A DNA stretch of 64,000 bases from a bacterium (GTDB taxonomy: Bacteria > Myxococcota_A > UBA9160 > UBA6930), in contig JAAETT010000054.1 in the NCBI GenBank assembly GCA_024228115.1, positions 12,793 through 76,792 of the forward strand. Direction: 5' to 3'. The notes below the pieces were generated by a model. The model was not told where the DNA came from. It did not search any database and was given only the letters and a program-made list of their open reading frames with translations. A program made the position numbers and the translations under genes. The stretch's first letter is position 1. Each line of letters opens with the position of its first letter. Below, one piece after another: positions 61,293-64,000 of the stretch.

Positions 61293-61796
61293 CTACAGAG
61301 CACCCAGGATGCGAGCGGCTGCAAAGATGCCGAGCATCGAGAACGCCAGGGCAAGCTTGGCAGCAGCTCCAAGGACGAGCCCGAAGGAAGCGCCCATCCC
61401 GGCACGCCCTGCTTCGTCCAGGCGGCGCCGACCCGAAAGCTCGCCCAATACGGCGCCGACGAACGGCCCGAGCAGAATACCCGGAATACCGAAGAAGAGC
61501 CCGATCAAGGCACCTAGTGCCGCACCTACCATTCCACGCTGCGTCGCGCCGAAGCGCCGAGCGCCGAAGGCGCCCGCCGCCAAATCGACCGCGTAGGTGA
61601 GAAGCACGAGCAAGCCGAGCACGGTCAACGTCCCGTAGCCCACGTAGGCGAAATCTTCGGCCCATGCCGCAATCACCAGCCCAGCCAGCAGCACAGGTGC
61701 TCCGGGAATGACGGGCAACATCATGCCCGCCAGGCCCACCCCCACCAGCACTGCAGAGAGAGCGAAGAGCGCCCAGGTGGCGGCTTCGAATTCCAT
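61293..61796 (-). CDS. DUF456-family membrane protein
   Basis: ...LPVIPGAPVLLAGLVIAAW..., four TM segments, and Gly-rich C-terminal helices. Confidence 0.7.
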   Translation of the reverse strand: MEFEAATWALFALSAVLVGVGLAGMMLPVIPGAPVLLAGLVIAAWAEDFAYVGYGTLTVLGLLVLLTYAVDLAAGAFGARRFGATQRGMVGAALGALIGLFFGIPGILLGPFVGAVLGELSGRRRLDEAGRAGMGASFGLVLGAAAKLALAFSMLGIFAAARILGAL

Positions 61797-61803
61797 CCGA
61801 GGC

Positions 61804-62460
61804 CTACGCTCGCCGGCGGCGTGCGTGGAGCACGCCCATGCGTTCTTTCCACTCCGGCGCCAACGCGTGCATTGCCTGCACCCGTTCCAGGATCTCCAGA
61901 TCCCCGGCGTGGTCGCGCATCCAGATATGGAGATCGACGAGGCTCACGTCATCCTGGCCAACCTCCACGCGCGAGATTTCATCCCCGACCTGGATCTCTC
62001 CGGGTTCGAGTACGCGCAGGTACCATCCACAGAGCGCATCGCGCACGACCCGCTTCATGATGAGTGGCGCGCCAGCCAGTCGCCCGGGGTGTGCACAACG
62101 CTCGGTCGGCATCGTCACCTGGAGATGCGCGGTACCGATCTGCCATACGTCTCCGACCCGAACCTGCGCCTCGGTCATTCCCCGAAGCGTGATGTTCTCG
62201 CCGAAACAAGGAATGGGCAGGGAATGGCTCGCGATCTCCTCGAACACCGGGTAGTGCTCGATGGGGTAGACGTGGAGCGCACGGTTCGGGCCTCCGTGGC
62301 CGTGATGGTGCACCTGATCGCCAGGCAGGCCCGCCAGCGTAAGAGCAACGGGCTGCGCCTGCGGGCGCTTGCGGATGGCGCTCTGGATTTCCCCACCATC
62401 GGCGAAACGCACGGCCTCGACACCACCGAGGTTCAGCGATTCGATGCGCACCTCAGCCAC
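61804..62460 (-). CDS. MOSC-domain protein (YiiM-like)
   Basis: ...GLPGDQVHHHGHGGPNRALHVYPIEHY..., ...FGENITLRGMTEAQVRVGDVWQIGTAHLQVTMPTERC. Confidence 0.8.
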   Translation of the reverse strand: MAEVRIESLNLGGVEAVRFADGGEIQSAIRKRPQAQPVALTLAGLPGDQVHHHGHGGPNRALHVYPIEHYPVFEEIASHSLPIPCFGENITLRGMTEAQVRVGDVWQIGTAHLQVTMPTERCAHPGRLAGAPLIMKRVVRDALCGWYLRVLEPGEIQVGDEISRVEVGQDDVSLVDLHIWMRDHAGDLEILERVQAMHALAPEWKERMGVLHARRRRA

Positions 62461-62549
62461 CGAGAAGCGCTGCGTAGAGGGCGGTGCTGGCTACGAGCAT
62501 GGGCATTGTGTCTCCTGGGGGGCCAGCGAGTTCTGGTGTTCGTCGTGCT

Positions 62550-63014
62550 TCATGCTGGATTGGTCCGTGGAGCGTAGACGACTTCCAGCTTCATGCCGTC
62601 TGGGTCGGCAAAGAAGACGGCGTAGTAGCCCTCGCTGTAACCCGCCTGGCCGGAGTAGTCGACCGGCGGATCCAGGATGGTTGCGCCCATCTCATGCATC
62701 GCCTGGAAGACCCCGTCCACGCACTCCCGCGAATCCGCGTGGAATGCCATGTGATGCAAGCCCGGCGCATAGCGATCATGAAGCTGGCCTCGGCTCTCGC
62801 CGCTGGCGGGCCGGACCTCGATACCGAACCACGCACCGCCGGGCATTCGCGTTGCCCACGCGGCGCGCTCGGGTCGCTCACCGGCGAAACCCGGATGCTC
62901 GATCCGAAGCCGCTCGTAGCCAAGGCTGGTGAAGAACGTTTCGTAGAACGGAATCGAGCGCTCTGGATCGCGAATCGAGAGATCCATGTGATCGAGCGGC
63001 CCGCGGATCGTCAT
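62550..63014 (-). CDS. VOC/glyoxalase-family protein
   Basis: ...LDHMDLSIRDPERSIPFYE... and ...GLHHMAFHADS...DPDGMKLEVVY. Confidence 0.85.
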   Translation of the reverse strand: MTIRGPLDHMDLSIRDPERSIPFYETFFTSLGYERLRIEHPGFAGERPERAAWATRMPGGAWFGIEVRPASGESRGQLHDRYAPGLHHMAFHADSRECVDGVFQAMHEMGATILDPPVDYSGQAGYSEGYYAVFFADPDGMKLEVVYAPRTNPA

Positions 63015-63030
63015 ACGTGTTCCTCCGGGC

Positions 63031-63405
63031 TCAGCCCCGACGAACGACCATCACTTCGTAACGCCCGCTCGAGCCGATGAAAGAAGAACCGATCCAGCTC
63101 GTCAAGCTTACGACCAGGGAGCCGATCAATGCGGCTCCCAGACTCGCGATCTGGAAATCCTGGAGCATCCACGCCACCAGCCCGAGCATTCCGGCGTTCA
63201 CCACCCACAGGAACAGACCAAGCGTCACCAGGGTGATCGGGAAGGTCAGGAAGATGGCGATTGGCCGGACGAAGGCATTCACGAAACCCAACAGGAGGGC
63301 CGCCAGGGCAAGCGTGGCGTCAGGCGTGATCTGGATGCCCGGAACGAGACGCGCAGCCAGCCACAGGCCGAAGGCCGTGATCGCCATTCGAATCAAGAAT
63401 CCCAT
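63031..63405 (-). CDS. Phage-holin-4_2 / DUF360 (YvlD-like) membrane protein
   Basis: The start is trimmed to ATG 63405. MGFLIRMAITAFGLWLAARLVPGIQI...FVNAFVRPIAIFLTFPITLVTLGLFLWVVNAGML. Confidence 0.7.
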   Translation of the reverse strand: MGFLIRMAITAFGLWLAARLVPGIQITPDATLALAALLLGFVNAFVRPIAIFLTFPITLVTLGLFLWVVNAGMLGLVAWMLQDFQIASLGAALIGSLVVSLTSWIGSSFIGSSGRYEVMVVRRG

Positions 63406-63460
63406 GCATACCTCTTTCCAGGCGCGCCAGGCTCCAAACATGGCGCCCGATGGGCCGACG

Positions 63461-63967
63461 TCAAGCAGCCCGGATACGGTACCGATTGCGGTCGAGTTCA
63501 GGCACGAAGCCTACCAGCCGGAAGCCCGCCTTTTCGAGCACCCGCAGCGAGGCATGATTCGCGGGCATCGCGAAGGCATCGACCATCGGCAGGCCGAGCT
63601 CTCCGAATGCGAGGGCCAGGGAGGCTGCCACGATCTCGCTGGCGTAGCCCTTGCCCCAGGCGTGAGGCGCTACGAAGTAGCTCACCTCGACGCCCCAGCC
63701 AGGATCCATTGGATCCCGATTGAGTCCGCCCCAGCCGACCACCCGATCTTCCTGGCGGGAGAGCGCTGTCCACGGGGCGAAACCATCCTTGGCAAAACCC
63801 GCCGCGTAGGCCTCGAGCCGCTGCTGGGCCTCCGCCAGGCTCGGCGCGCACCAGGTGTATCGCATGGCATCGGGATCTCGCTGAATCTGGAACAACGGCT
63901 CCGCGTCGCTCGGCCGATAGGCGCGCAGCTCGAGCTGGAGCGTTTCGATGGTAGGCGGTCCGCTCAC
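63461..63967 (-). CDS. GNAT N-acetyltransferase (RimJ/RimL-like)
   Basis: ...LELRAYRPSDAEPLFQIQRDPDAMRY..., ...WGKGYASEIVAASLALAF..., ...NHASLRVLEKAGF. Confidence 0.85.
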   Translation of the reverse strand: MSGPPTIETLQLELRAYRPSDAEPLFQIQRDPDAMRYTWCAPSLAEAQQRLEAYAAGFAKDGFAPWTALSRQEDRVVGWGGLNRDPMDPGWGVEVSYFVAPHAWGKGYASEIVAASLALAFGELGLPMVDAFAMPANHASLRVLEKAGFRLVGFVPELDRNRYRIRAA

Positions 63968-64000
63968 GCCACGAGTGTACTTCGCCGGGGACGGACGGGC

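Noticed and set aside
1-64000. Search for CRISPR arrays, tRNA/rRNA genes, transposases, integrases, prophage or toxin-antitoxin modules
   Set aside because: No direct-repeat/spacer arrays, no RNA-gene-like low-GC structured islands, and no transposase, integrase or phage structural motifs were seen in any supplied translation. The only notable repeat is the single 39-bp inverted repeat at 52561-52645.

Overview
High-GC (about two-thirds G+C, judged by eye) chromosome segment from a diderm bacterium. A flagellar and motility supercluster of about 47 kb dominates it, almost all on the minus strand. Minus-strand gene order, read from high to low coordinates: (1) hypothetical-motA-motB; (2) NtrC-type sigma-54 activator-fliLMN-fliO/P-fliQR-flhBA-flhF-flhG-HDOD; (3) flgFGAHI-flgJ(rod-binding only)-flgN-flgKL-csrA-fliW; (4) flagellin; (5) fliD-fliS plus two unknown genes; (6) pilZ-TPR-pseudokinase-atypical sigma-54 activator-flgBC-fliEFGHI-fliJ/ylxF fusion-fliK-flgD-flgE (runs off the left edge). 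A flagellin glycosylation island for pseudaminic acid lies at 46.9-56.7 kb. It contains pseB, pseC, maf, pseG, pseI, a cytidylyltransferase, WbqC, a SAM methyltransferase and a B12-radical-SAM enzyme. Cyclic-di-GMP genes are dense: 4 PilZ, 2 GGDEF, 2 HDOD. The right end (58.5-64 kb) carries ordinary housekeeping and stress genes. Reading the intergenic DNA by eye gave nine strong sigma-54 (TGGCAC-N5-TTGC) promoters, including two divergent pairs. Most have a recurrent 16-bp imperfect palindrome (yGTTTCA-N3-yGAAmk) 45-145 bp upstream of the -24 GG, which is a candidate enhancer for the regulon. No fliA or flgM, CRISPR, tRNA/rRNA or mobile element was seen. Other unusual points: a kinase-like and receiver pair that has lost its phospho-accepting residues, FliJ-YlxF and FliO-FliP reading-frame fusions, and a perfect 39-bp inverted repeat between convergent glycosylation genes. 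All protein calls rest on motif recognition in the supplied translations. No database search was run.
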